From: a virus
DNA length: 37,717 nt
Reading direction: 5' to 3' (one strand)
Virus record (IMG/VR): IMGVR_UViG_3300045988_011290
Coordinates: 1 to 37,717 of that record
The position numbers and the translations under genes were made by a program. The notes under the pieces are model-generated. The model was not told the DNA's origin and searched no databases. It saw nothing but the letters and a program-made list of their open reading frames with translations. This document shows positions 12,609 through 22,060 of this stretch, piece after piece. Numbering within the stretch: the stretch's first letter is position 1; the number at the start of each line of letters is the position of its first letter.

Positions 12609-14756
12609 CTAGGCGTTGCTGACTGCGCAGAACACCATCCAATTAACGCGGAACGAACCGTTTACGCTCCTATCCAGTACAACATAGTAATCTGTACCAA
12701 TCACCGTAACGCCATCAAGATGAGCCGCCGATGCATTTCCATCGCCATTCATGGCGAATATATGGTAGTTATAGGCACTCGTATATACTTGTCCAAACAT
12801 ACTGTTAAGGTCCGAAAGCGTGAACAGTTTAACAGAAGATGTGCCGTTAATCCTAACCACCGTGCTTCCGGATTTTGCCATAAATGGCAACTCATAAGTC
12901 GTAAGGAATGGATAGACATCTCCATCAATAATCTGCCACGGTCGCACATTGGCGAATCCAAACCCATCCTTTGAGCTCATCCTTAAGAGTGGAGCAGACG
13001 TCCATCCCGGAGTACCTGGCATGCCGGGAGTGATCCTGAGATCTTCGCATCTCATGTAAGCAACGTCTCCGTATTCGTTTGCGTTTGCAATGATTGATAA
13101 ACGGTTACCACACATGTTAATTCGTGCGCTCTCAGCCGATATTCCGAGATCTATGGAGCTCTCATCAAACGATGCGAGGTTTTCTTCCCCGTTTCGGATC
13201 GCAATTTTATCGTTCGCGATTCGCACATTTCTGCCTAGGGTTTCTGCGGTAAGATCACCGACTACAACGTCCCCGTCTTTGCCGCTTATATAATTGGTGG
13301 CAACTTTCTTTCCCTCTTCCGCACCGGTTCTCGCGGTCTGGTCCTTAATCTCTGTCGATGTGGTTCCGGACGCATTATCCACAGTTATAACAGTATTACC
13401 AGTCTCGCCGTCTGCCACGCTAACAGTTGGCGAATATCCATCATTACCCTTTGTCTTAGACCACGAAAACACCGTCGTGTCACTCGTATCCACCTCTTCA
13501 GTGGTTCGGTTCGGAGCAGTACCCATGTATGACTTGCCATCCGGATTCGTGCTAATTCCTGTTCCGTTTTCGTCGTCTGCGTAGGCTATCCATGTATATA
13601 ACGTTCTGGTTTTTGCTAACTCCGCAAACTTTGATGCCAACTCTTGCACCTTAGTAGATATACCGCTCGACTGCGTAGCGTATTCTCCGAATGTGGCTGT
13701 GTACTCCTTGTTAGTCCTGCTTGTCACAAGCTTTACGAGCCTTGCGCTGAGGTACAATTCACCTTTTTCGTCTACGATGTCCACGGTATCACCGACACTT
13801 ACGCCGTCTGGAAGATATGCAAGCTCTACCTCGCATGTGATGGCTACGTCATATATGCTTTTTAGGTGCGATACCGCACGGTGAAACAACTCTGACTGGC
13901 TGGTCGTGTCATAGCTCCACAGCTTGACGATATGTCCTACGTCGTTTCCTGTCTCAGATAGATAACGGCTCCATGCGGCCAGAGCACTCCTTGACATGAG
14001 ATAGTCTCCAGACACATAGATGTCACCGTCGTCGTAGTTATAACCTCTAAGCGTGATCGCATTATTAGAGCCTTGTGGCGTTCCACCTGTCACTCTTAGC
14101 GCAGTAGCCAGATCAGCAACCGACTTCTTAATCGTAATATTATCGATCTCTTTATTGAGTCTCAGCTTCACTCCAACATCTTTCCCACGTTTCCGGTATA
14201 GGTTAATGTATTTATGCCGGATTGATAGATTGCGAATGTCAAAGCTATAAGAGAGCTCAGCATCAAACTGTGTGGCTATACTCAGGAGTCTTTCGGCAGA
14301 GGTAGATTCTCCCTCCCATTTCAGTTTTCTGCTCAAGTCGCTCACTTCGTTGATGCCCATCTCAAATCCACTATCATAAGCATACTTTGTGACGTACCAC
14401 TCTGATGGATATGCCTTGTCGGCTTCAAAAGCTCCAACAGTCTCGTTCAGTAGGTCCATACCGTTATCTTCTGCGTACACTGATATCTCATGCTTAAGGA
14501 TATCGTGCTCGTTGTCAATAATGGTATAAAACTCTTCGCTTTCTCCGTCTTTCCTTATGATGTAATTACCAGCCGCGGAGAATCTTTCTATCTCTTTTCT
14601 TGTCTCGTCTGTATAGGTCAGTGCAAACTCAAGTGTCACAGATCCAGCAGATATCTCCTCTGTCTTTTGGTCGTTATAAATCCTGTGTCCGCTCGGTAGG
14701 TCGGTGCTTGCAAGACCAAGTATATTCATGTATCTGTCAGCAAAGTACAGTATCAT
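12609..14756 (-). CDS. Tail-associated lysin-like / baseplate hub protein (Tal, prophage-tail N-terminal domain)
   Basis: 715 aa. N-terminus MILYFADRYMNILGLAST...ISAGSVTLEF is typical of the siphovirus Tal/prophage tail endopeptidase family. ATGA overlap with Dit. Confidence 0.7.
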   Translation of the reverse strand: MILYFADRYMNILGLASTDLPSGHRIYNDQKTEEISAGSVTLEFALTYTDETRKEIERFSAAGNYIIRKDGESEEFYTIIDNEHDILKHEISVYAEDNGMDLLNETVGAFEADKAYPSEWYVTKYAYDSGFEMGINEVSDLSRKLKWEGESTSAERLLSIATQFDAELSYSFDIRNLSIRHKYINLYRKRGKDVGVKLRLNKEIDNITIKKSVADLATALRVTGGTPQGSNNAITLRGYNYDDGDIYVSGDYLMSRSALAAWSRYLSETGNDVGHIVKLWSYDTTSQSELFHRAVSHLKSIYDVAITCEVELAYLPDGVSVGDTVDIVDEKGELYLSARLVKLVTSRTNKEYTATFGEYATQSSGISTKVQELASKFAELAKTRTLYTWIAYADDENGTGISTNPDGKSYMGTAPNRTTEEVDTSDTTVFSWSKTKGNDGYSPTVSVADGETGNTVITVDNASGTTSTEIKDQTARTGAEEGKKVATNYISGKDGDVVVGDLTAETLGRNVRIANDKIAIRNGEENLASFDESSIDLGISAESARINMCGNRLSIIANANEYGDVAYMRCEDLRITPGMPGTPGWTSAPLLRMSSKDGFGFANVRPWQIIDGDVYPFLTTYELPFMAKSGSTVVRINGTSSVKLFTLSDLNSMFGQVYTSAYNYHIFAMNGDGNASAAHLDGVTVIGTDYYVVLDRSVNGSFRVNWMVFCAVSNA

Positions 14757-16318
14757 ATAAACACCTCCCTATATCTGAGCTTGTATGTTGGCGTCTGTGC
14801 CCATTCAGATGCGAGACACTTAATCTGATTCATTCCAGGCTTAAGACTAAATGATTCCCACATATTCCCAACCGCACCTAGATCTGCTTTAGGTAGTCCG
14901 TTAAGTGTCACTTCGCCTGTGCTACAATCAGCTATCAACACACTGCCATGTCCTAATTTGTTCGGAACATCTTTCCACTTTTCCACGTGGAGTTTATCAA
15001 AACTCAACACATCAAAACCGAGATACGTCAATGCTTTATTGCCAGTTCGGTTCTTGGCACTTTTAACAGATAGCTGTATCTTTGAGCATTTCATGTTCTC
15101 GACCTCCGGCACAACATAGGACGGATATCCACCCCAATAAAAAAATGTAAGTTTACTTCCCTCTTTTCGGATATCGCAGTGCCCCCAGTCCCAATACCAC
15201 GGATTCTGGGAGTGAAGATGGCTCGTTGTGAACATATATTTCTTTAGCACTTTAACATAAGATCCAAGCGACGAATTGAACGTAGGACTATAACAGAATA
15301 TCTCGTAACGTCCAGTATTTCCGGTTGCATCTGACTTGTACCAATTAACGCCACAGATAGGCTTATCATCCGATGTCAAGAACGTTAGCGTCATCTCGCC
15401 TGTCTGTCCCATTAATCCTGCGTACATAATTATGTGGAAATATGAATAAAAGTTTTTGCATCCATCCGTGTTTCCCTGAGAATCATCCGGAAGAACAAGT
15501 GTTCTCATGCCACCGTTCCACGGCTTGCTGTTATCTCCGGTTGATGCAATAGTCAGCCACTTTTTTCCAAACCATCCAGCTGTGCCAAGCGCGCCGGATG
15601 TACCAGCGTTTTTCGCATGCATAGCCTCTGTTCCGTGATCGTCAGGCAAACTAAAAAAATCACTCAGATATGCGAGTCTGTCATTCTCTTGATACGTTTC
15701 TCCGTCTGCCTCTTCGACATCTCCAAATTGTAGTATGTTTTCATTTGCGTCAACAAATCCAACAAACCCATTCTCTCCATTCTCCATTGTTGCTTCCAAT
15801 ACCGGATAAGATGGATATGTCCCGTTATAGTCGATTATAAAGCTTCCGTCTGCTTGCACGTCCACCTCAGTCTCGTTTACGGAATACTTAAACGGATCCA
15901 TGCAATAAATCTCAAATTCGGAGGTAATGCTGTTTCTTCCGGGATCAACATCGTCGCCGCCCTGATACGTGCCGATGAAATATTTATCACTCTCATCGTT
16001 AAATATAACTTTCACCTGCTCCGCATCGAGAACGCCGCACATTTTGTTAAAAGCTTTCCGAAACGCTTCGCTGCTTTCTGCTATAAGCTGATATCCAACC
16101 GTTATAGTTCGCGCCGGATATCTCTTATAAGCAAACCTACTACCATCAGCGGCACCTGTTGTGTTTTCGCTGATTTCAGCCGTCATAGTTTCCCGTCCGG
16201 ACACATACAGTGTCCGATAACCGGGAATTACTTTTTCGAGGTATACACCGTTATAGCTCATCGCTTCAGATGGGAGAGCTTCTTCTGGTCTTTCCTCGTT
16301 TACATCTATAAATTCCAT
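14753..16318 (-). CDS. Distal tail protein (Dit), extended form
   Basis: 521 aa, immediately after the tape measure (TAATG overlap). The N-terminal region resembles the siphovirus tail component family. The roughly 300-aa extension suggests an evolved Dit with an inserted binding module. Confidence 0.7.
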   Translation of the reverse strand: MEFIDVNEERPEEALPSEAMSYNGVYLEKVIPGYRTLYVSGRETMTAEISENTTGAADGSRFAYKRYPARTITVGYQLIAESSEAFRKAFNKMCGVLDAEQVKVIFNDESDKYFIGTYQGGDDVDPGRNSITSEFEIYCMDPFKYSVNETEVDVQADGSFIIDYNGTYPSYPVLEATMENGENGFVGFVDANENILQFGDVEEADGETYQENDRLAYLSDFFSLPDDHGTEAMHAKNAGTSGALGTAGWFGKKWLTIASTGDNSKPWNGGMRTLVLPDDSQGNTDGCKNFYSYFHIIMYAGLMGQTGEMTLTFLTSDDKPICGVNWYKSDATGNTGRYEIFCYSPTFNSSLGSYVKVLKKYMFTTSHLHSQNPWYWDWGHCDIRKEGSKLTFFYWGGYPSYVVPEVENMKCSKIQLSVKSAKNRTGNKALTYLGFDVLSFDKLHVEKWKDVPNKLGHGSVLIADCSTGEVTLNGLPKADLGAVGNMWESFSLKPGMNQIKCLASEWAQTPTYKLRYREVFI

Positions 16319-19300
16319 TAGTATTCTCCTCTCTTCCGCATATTCCGTTTGTCTAAACGATTAAGCTCATCCTGTGTATATGTAGCAGTAGCTTTTGCAA
16401 ACTGTCTGCCATTAATATCAAGCGGTACTGTTATTGTGCAATTAATGTTCCGGCTGTACTCTAACGACTCATCCAGACTCATGCTTGACGACATACCGCC
16501 ACCAGCAAACGCAAAGTCTGGCTCGTATAGGCTCGGAATGTTAAATAGATCGGCTGAAGCTTTTGCAACCTTACCCTGCATCTTTTCCAGTCCGATAGCT
16601 GCACCTTTTCCAATCCAACTAAATGTCTTGATCGCAACTCTTGATGGTGATCCGATCTTAGCCTTTGCTCTGATTGCTCTGTCTGCCGCCGCTGCTAACC
16701 GTGCCGCCGCAGATGCTACTTGACCATAAGATGACAGCAATCCAATTGCAAGTCCTTGCCCAATATATCTACCTGCGGCCACTGCTGATGAATAGCCAGA
16801 TCTCATAGCATTCCCGGCATTATTAGCCATGCTCCTTGCCGTAGCTACAATCATAGCAGATGAAGCCGAAAAGCTACTTGCAAGCTTGCTACCCATTTGC
16901 TGTCCGGCGGTTGACGATGCCGCGCTCATTGCTGTAAGTGATGCAGTATATCCAGACTGCGTAGCATTAGCAGCTGATGCGATCTGTTTAAATGCGCCCG
17001 GTATAGCCTTGAGCGAACTCTTCATTTTTCCGAACGAGCTTGATACTGTACTGGTACTGTCTGCGATAGATGCCATCTTTTTCTTTACGCCGCCAAGCGA
17101 CGCACTAAGTGCAAGGAATCCGGCTGATGCCGCAACTCCTGCCGCCGCAAATGCTGCAATACCAACACCTGCCGCCGCCAGACCTGCTATTAATGCAATA
17201 CTTCCAGCCGCCATAAGTAAGCTAGCCGCCGCCATAGCAGCCAGCGCTGTTGCCGCCATCATACCAGATGCACCTATCATAGTAAGCGGTGCCGCGCAAG
17301 CCGTAAGCCCTGCCGCTAAAACTAACACACCAGCACCTAAAACAAGTACACCGGCACCCATAAGTGCAATACCTGCCGCCGCTACAACGGCTCCGGCTCC
17401 AACTACAACAAATCCGGCACCTAATACGATAGCACCTGCTCCTGCTACTGCCGCACCTGCCCCGAACACAATCAACGATGCCCCAAGCGCGGCTATAGAC
17501 ACCGCTCCACTCGTGCCGTATGTGGCAATCTGCGGAAGTACACCTGCAACCAATGTAAGTGCTGTAGCCGCCAACAGCGCACCAGCTCCAACCAAGAGTA
17601 CCGCCACTCCAAATGCAACCAATCCAGCCGCACCTGCCGTTAATGCCGGAGCTAATACCGATGCCCCTGCCGCCAGACCTGCAAGAGCTCCGACCATAAG
17701 CACCATAGTAGCTACTGCGCCTGGTCCCGCATTCGCAAGTTGAATAGCCGCCTGCGCCAATATATACAGTCCAGTAGATGCGATCAGAACTGATGCTCCT
17801 ATCGCAAGGAATGTCGTGGATATTGCTTTTAGTTTTGCTGGACCGGCTTTAATCGAGTTAATTGCTTGTGTCATACCAATCGCAAACGCTCCGACAGCTA
17901 CCACAAGTCCTGCAAGCACACCTACCGCTAACGGTCCGGCATCTGCTACGGCTGTTGCTCCCTTTGCCAAAAGGAAGAATCCGGCTGACACCGCCAATAC
18001 GCCGACGCCCATTAACGCAAACGCTTTCGCACTTGCAACAAGTTTTTTGGATGATGTGCCACTCTTCTTAGCCATTTCTTCTGTGCCCTTTGCGGCACCA
18101 GATAAACTCTTTCCTAATCCACCGACCGACTTAGCCATTGAGATCAACGGACTAGCCACGGTTGCGATCACGCCACCAATTGCCATTGCCGTCCCGAATG
18201 CCTTGAACGCTACTGTTGCGACAAGTATAACTTGTAATGCCTTTTTAACAGCATCTTTGTGATCTGTAATGAATTTAGAAGCACTTTCCGCTGCGCTTCC
18301 AATGCCATCAAGTGCGCTTTTGACAGTGCTCATAGTCTCGGCATCTGACACGATCTCCCATATTGCTTTTCCTATCGTTCCAAAAATGGCTCCTACCGCA
18401 GGACCCACCGTTTTTACGGTATCAAAAAACATGGATGCATATTTACTGACAGTCTGAAATGCTTTAGTATTACCGAACGTCTCTATCTTAGTGTTGATAG
18501 TATCGAATGCAGGTCCTATCTTATCCTTTACAGAATCAATCATTTGTGAGATGGTCGGAAGCTGGTTGGCTGCTAAAAACGTATCTATAGCAGATAAAGC
18601 ACCCGCCATACCTTTGACGATCGAAATCTTAAGGTTGGACATAGATGTTGATATACCTGCCGTAGATGTCTTAGCAACATCTGCAAAGCCACCTGTTTCC
18701 TCTGAGCACTCGATGATCGCGTCCGTAAATTGATCCATTGTTATAGTACCGTCTTGCAATGCATCGTAAAGCTCCGTAGTGCTTCCGCTGGCGATTCCGA
18801 GCTTCTTGGCTGTCTGTGTTAATCCGTACTTCATTGTCTCGTTCAGCGTGTTCCATTCTTCCTGTCCGACTTTGCCACGGCTTAACATCTGTGTAAACTG
18901 CGTCATACCACGGCTTGCCTCATCGCTTGCTGATCCAGACGCATAAAACGCATTGTTCATGGCGACGGCAAGTTTTGTGGATTTTTTTAGATTGCCGTTG
19001 GTTAATGCCAGGGACTTCGCGCTGGAAGCAATTTCATCAAGCGACGTAGGTACGTATTGAATGCCGTCCCCAAGCTCTTTAATGGAATCTGCTGCTTCTT
19101 GAGCAGAAAAACCCATCTGTTCAAGTACTCTCGGGTACTGGTTTAGAGTATCGAATCGGCTGACCGCACTACCAACGTTAGATGATAGAGTATTAACCAC
19201 CGCCGACACGCCCTTAAACGCCATAGCTCCAAGCGCTGTGCTTTTTACGCTACTCATAAGTGACTGCGTAGCACTCTGAGCTTTCCCGAATGTTGAAACA

Positions 19301-19353
19301 AAGCCGGAATCTACCGCCGAAAGTACCGCTTTCACTGAATAACTTTCTGCCAT
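16318..19353 (-). CDS. Tape measure protein
   Basis: 1011 aa, the largest gene, located after the G/GT chaperones. Helical N-terminal part and a roughly 315-aa Ala/Gly/Val/Leu hydrophobic core. Confidence 0.9.
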   Translation of the reverse strand: MAESYSVKAVLSAVDSGFVSTFGKAQSATQSLMSSVKSTALGAMAFKGVSAVVNTLSSNVGSAVSRFDTLNQYPRVLEQMGFSAQEAADSIKELGDGIQYVPTSLDEIASSAKSLALTNGNLKKSTKLAVAMNNAFYASGSASDEASRGMTQFTQMLSRGKVGQEEWNTLNETMKYGLTQTAKKLGIASGSTTELYDALQDGTITMDQFTDAIIECSEETGGFADVAKTSTAGISTSMSNLKISIVKGMAGALSAIDTFLAANQLPTISQMIDSVKDKIGPAFDTINTKIETFGNTKAFQTVSKYASMFFDTVKTVGPAVGAIFGTIGKAIWEIVSDAETMSTVKSALDGIGSAAESASKFITDHKDAVKKALQVILVATVAFKAFGTAMAIGGVIATVASPLISMAKSVGGLGKSLSGAAKGTEEMAKKSGTSSKKLVASAKAFALMGVGVLAVSAGFFLLAKGATAVADAGPLAVGVLAGLVVAVGAFAIGMTQAINSIKAGPAKLKAISTTFLAIGASVLIASTGLYILAQAAIQLANAGPGAVATMVLMVGALAGLAAGASVLAPALTAGAAGLVAFGVAVLLVGAGALLAATALTLVAGVLPQIATYGTSGAVSIAALGASLIVFGAGAAVAGAGAIVLGAGFVVVGAGAVVAAAGIALMGAGVLVLGAGVLVLAAGLTACAAPLTMIGASGMMAATALAAMAAASLLMAAGSIALIAGLAAAGVGIAAFAAAGVAASAGFLALSASLGGVKKKMASIADSTSTVSSSFGKMKSSLKAIPGAFKQIASAANATQSGYTASLTAMSAASSTAGQQMGSKLASSFSASSAMIVATARSMANNAGNAMRSGYSSAVAAGRYIGQGLAIGLLSSYGQVASAAARLAAAADRAIRAKAKIGSPSRVAIKTFSWIGKGAAIGLEKMQGKVAKASADLFNIPSLYEPDFAFAGGGMSSSMSLDESLEYSRNINCTITVPLDINGRQFAKATATYTQDELNRLDKRNMRKRGEY

Positions 19354-19790
19354 TACTCTGTCCCCTTTCGCCTATAGTAGTCCATAAGACCACTGAATTT
19401 GCTTTTTTTCTTTCTCTCCATAACCCTGTTAACAGCATCTTTGTAGTTAAAAAACTGCCGGAATCTTGGGAAGGCTGGCTTTTCTTTGCCCTTTCCTACT
19501 TTTTTCCGTGCTCCGGCTCTCACATTCTGAAATGCCTGCATGTGGATATGGTATAGCTTATCCACTTCGGCAAGCTCCACGGCTTTCATTTGGATGTTGT
19601 ATTCCCTCATAGTCATCATCTCCACATCATGCGTGTTTTTACAAAAGCCGTAGCGGAAGCTATCCAGGGCTACAGAATCAAAAAAGCTTACATTGCTGCA
19701 AGCTTCTCTTCCTGATTCTTCTCCATGATCTCGCCGACGTGAATCATCTTCTTCATGGCTCTTTTCGATACATTGGCTGTCGATAAAAAA
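19353..19790 (-). CDS. T segment of the tail assembly chaperone G-T fusion, reached by a -1 frameshift
   Basis: The -1 frame is open from 19814 to 19353 and overlaps the 3' end of G. The basic C-terminal sequence FPRFRQFFNYKD...KKKSKF is typical of gpT-like parts. The listed GTG 19625 start has no need to be used. Confidence 0.65.
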   Translation of the reverse strand, partial: FFIDSQCIEKSHEEDDSRRRDHGEESGREACSNVSFFDSVALDSFRYGFCKNTHDVEMMTMREYNIQMKAVELAEVDKLYHIHMQAFQNVRAGARKKVGKGKEKPAFPRFRQFFNYKDAVNRVMERKKKSKFSGLMDYYRRKGTE

Positions 19791-20071
19791 TCGATCACGC
19801 TCTCGAAGAGTTTGTCAATATCAGTGTCAGAATCCTCAATGTATGACTCAATCTCAGCTTTTGTCAGTCTAGGATCGTTGCCCTTGTTAGTAAGGTCGAG
19901 CGTGGTGATAAGGTCCTCAATATCACCATCCACAAGTCCACCAGCCAGAGACATGAGTCCTACTTCTTTCTCGATTCCATTTTCTCGCTGGACCTGCAAT
20001 TTGTTAGCATCTCGCATAAATCCTATTCCAGCGGTAAATGTGTATACTTTTCCGTTAATTGTTAATTCCAT
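19688..20071 (-). CDS. Tail assembly chaperone (gpG-like)
   Basis: 127-aa acidic protein between the major tail protein and the tape measure. It contains the slippery heptamer near its 3' end. Confidence 0.75.
   Translation of the reverse strand: MELTINGKVYTFTAGIGFMRDANKLQVQRENGIEKEVGLMSLAGGLVDGDIEDLITTLDLTNKGNDPRLTKAEIESYIEDSDTDIDKLFESVIDFLSTANVSKRAMKKMIHVGEIMEKNQEEKLAAM
19784..19790 (-). promoter_or_regulatory. Programmed -1 ribosomal frameshift site T_TTT_TTA
   Basis: In the G frame the codons read GAT TTT TTA (D-F-L). This is the canonical X_XXY_YYZ heptamer, and the -1 frame is open downstream to the tape measure start. Confidence 0.65.
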
Positions 20072-20080
20072 ACTTTCCTC

Positions 20081-20704
20081 CTACGCTTCCTGTACAGTGT
20101 CTTTAAACACTTCGTTTGCTGCTTCCTGCTGTGCGGTAGTAACTGTAACATCACCTTTAACACCTTTTCCGTTAATCCCAAATGTCAGCGAGCACTCAAC
20201 AAAGTCCTCGGCGTTTGATGTCTTTTCAAGCTCTGTCAGATATCCGGTAAAGTATCTTCCTTTGTACTTGTTTTCTCCACTGGATGCAGGATCATCAAGG
20301 TTTGCTTCCCAAATCTCGATCAGTCCATCATCGTCCATAGCGTCCTCGAGATCGTCAATGGTCGAATCACCTTTTTTAAGGATTGACGTAGCTGTGATCT
20401 CGACCTCCGCTTCTCCAGGTGTACGGATGGAGCCATCCTTAGTTGCTGTTGAGTCAGCATCTTTTGACTTGGTTCGTCCGTTCTCGGTCGTAAACGCGAG
20501 CGTTGTTCCTGCGGCGGTTTTTGAATTTTTCGCAACACGGAACAAATATACAATCTTTCGTCCTTTGACAGCTTCGCTTGCTCTGGACGATTCTGATTGT
20601 ACTGTCACACCGCTGTCATTCTGAGCGGCTACATCACTCTGAGTTGATACGTCGCTCTGTTCTGTTTCTGTGTTCTCGGATGCGAACATCTGCAATTTAT
20701 TCAT
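20081..20704 (-). CDS. Major tail protein (TP901-1/phi13-like)
   Basis: 207 aa. LFRVAK....AGTTLAFTTENGRTKSKDADSTATKDGSIRTPG and GINGKG match the TP901-1-family major tail pattern. No sheath gene is present, so the tail is non-contractile. Confidence 0.8.
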   Translation of the reverse strand: MNKLQMFASENTETEQSDVSTQSDVAAQNDSGVTVQSESSRASEAVKGRKIVYLFRVAKNSKTAAGTTLAFTTENGRTKSKDADSTATKDGSIRTPGEAEVEITATSILKKGDSTIDDLEDAMDDDGLIEIWEANLDDPASSGENKYKGRYFTGYLTELEKTSNAEDFVECSLTFGINGKGVKGDVTVTTAQQEAANEVFKDTVQEA

Positions 20705-20717
20705 GTTTTTTCTCCTT

Positions 20718-21092
20718 TCAGAAAATAAAGTCTACTGTAATGACCGCATGGAGCAATGGCTCTGCGGTCGTTTTATCAGGCAATATTCTGGATCCATATC
20801 CAACACATTCTGCGGACGTAAGGTTATAGCATACATCCTCAATCGTGTCAGCTATTCCAGACACTCTGCCCCTCTGTCTTGGGTTGTTATGCCAAATGTG
20901 TATCGTCTGTGTAATGTCGGCTGGGTTGCCTTTCCGATGCTTTTTCACTATTCTGGCATCCTCTGTTGTTTCTCCAAGATATATAAATGGATATTGCGTT
21001 TCCTCGGATGGAAGCGCGCCATCATATACACTGTTTGGATATAGTTTTTTGAGCCTAACGATAAGCTCAGAGAAAACACTCTGTTGTGCCAT
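20718..21092 (-). CDS. Tail terminator / tail completion protein (DUF3168-like)
   Basis: 124 aa; assigned by position between the gp10-like gene and the major tail protein. YPFIYLGE...IHIWH pattern. Confidence 0.5.
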   Translation of the reverse strand: MAQQSVFSELIVRLKKLYPNSVYDGALPSEETQYPFIYLGETTEDARIVKKHRKGNPADITQTIHIWHNNPRQRGRVSGIADTIEDVCYNLTSAECVGYGSRILPDKTTAEPLLHAVITVDFIF

Positions 21093-21433
21093 TACTTGAC
21101 CACCCTTTCTAAATCGTGCTTGAACTGGTTTTTCTGTTCATCAAATGCTGGTTTAATATGTGGCTGAGCATCCATGTAGCGTGTGCCCCATTCGACATAC
21201 GGAGCATATTCCGCTTGCGACTCACATTCAGCTGTCATACCATTGTTCTTAAGTTCGAGCGCGATATTCCGCTTTAGATTACCAGTGTCAACCGGAGCAT
21301 TCCTTTGAGCTTTGTTCTGCAACTCAGACCCATTCTGCTTGACAACCTTTTTAATAGGGTCAAGATTCTGGCACTTCTTGATCTTTGCAGTAAGCTTATC
21401 CATCCCATCGATATAAATCATGTTTCCCATCAC
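21092..21433 (-). CDS. HK97 gp10-family head-tail joining protein
   Basis: NAPVDTGNLKRNI and YAPYVEWGT motifs. Confidence 0.8.
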   Translation of the reverse strand: MMGNMIYIDGMDKLTAKIKKCQNLDPIKKVVKQNGSELQNKAQRNAPVDTGNLKRNIALELKNNGMTAECESQAEYAPYVEWGTRYMDAQPHIKPAFDEQKNQFKHDLERVVK

Positions 21434-21732
21434 TGCACCTCCGACACGATAAACGTCTGCTTATGCCGTAACGTTCTGGTCTTATCGACTCGGTATCTTT
21501 TTGAGCCAATACGGATATAGTCAAATATCCCATCATATACCGACTGCAAACGGATAGTAAGACTTCCTTGCTTAAGTCCTCCATATACAAGCGTCAGCGT
21601 ATCCGTGCCAGTATCACTGACCGATGCATAGCGCTCTACTTCTTTCGCTATATCGTCTGCGTAATCTCCGGTTGTGGTGTTGTATTCGCCACGTACAACG
21701 TTCTGAAAGTAAATAGGTGTATCAAACCTCAC
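21430..21732 (-). CDS. Head closure / head-tail adaptor protein
   Basis: 100 aa; assigned by position and pattern (short beta-rich protein ending ...YRVDK..TL..K.TFIVSEV). Confidence 0.6.
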   Translation of the reverse strand: MRFDTPIYFQNVVRGEYNTTTGDYADDIAKEVERYASVSDTGTDTLTLVYGGLKQGSLTIRLQSVYDGIFDYIRIGSKRYRVDKTRTLRHKQTFIVSEVQ

Positions 21733-22049
21733 AAGAATCTCACCCGACCTCTCTTTGCTTCTTTTTGAGCATCAAGCCACGTTTGTATGTCCTGCTTATA
21801 ACCCGAGAAGTCATCTGAATCCCAAGATTGGCTCTCACCCTCTACAGTATGAGAAGCCAGCCCCTCTGATCCGATCCGGTTGAACCGTATCACGGAGACA
21901 TCAAGCACGATATAGGACAGCTCGTCCGGCGGTTCAACACCGCCTAGGAGAGCCTTAAGTCTTTTTTTTGTACCGCTTATAATTAGCAGCAACACATCAT
22001 CCTGTTTGTCGTCCTTGATGCCGAGTAGCTTTTTAAGATCATCCAGCAT
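21729..22049 (-). CDS. gp6-like head-tail connector protein
   Basis: 106 aa directly after the capsid gene. LLGI.DD.QDDVL.LII...K.RL pattern of the Phage_connect_1 family. Confidence 0.65.
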   Translation of the reverse strand: MLDDLKKLLGIKDDKQDDVLLLIISGTKKRLKALLGGVEPPDELSYIVLDVSVIRFNRIGSEGLASHTVEGESQSWDSDDFSGYKQDIQTWLDAQKEAKRGRVRFL

Positions 22050-22060
22050 CAGACCACCTC

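Noticed and set aside
16829-18262. Long plus-strand ORFs (304 aa, 148 aa and others) rich in Pro/Ala/Thr, antisense to the tape measure gene
   Set aside because: They are a mirror image of the GC-rich Ala/Gly codons of the TMP hydrophobic core. They have no RBS and are low complexity, and the TMP frame is strongly supported by its context.
19755-20624. 289-aa plus-strand ORF overlapping the chaperone and major tail genes, and the 309-aa plus-strand ORF 22665..23594 over the capsid and scaffold genes
   Set aside because: They are Ser/Phe/Leu-rich antisense translations without RBS. The minus-strand genes have clear family motifs and operon-style start-stop coupling.
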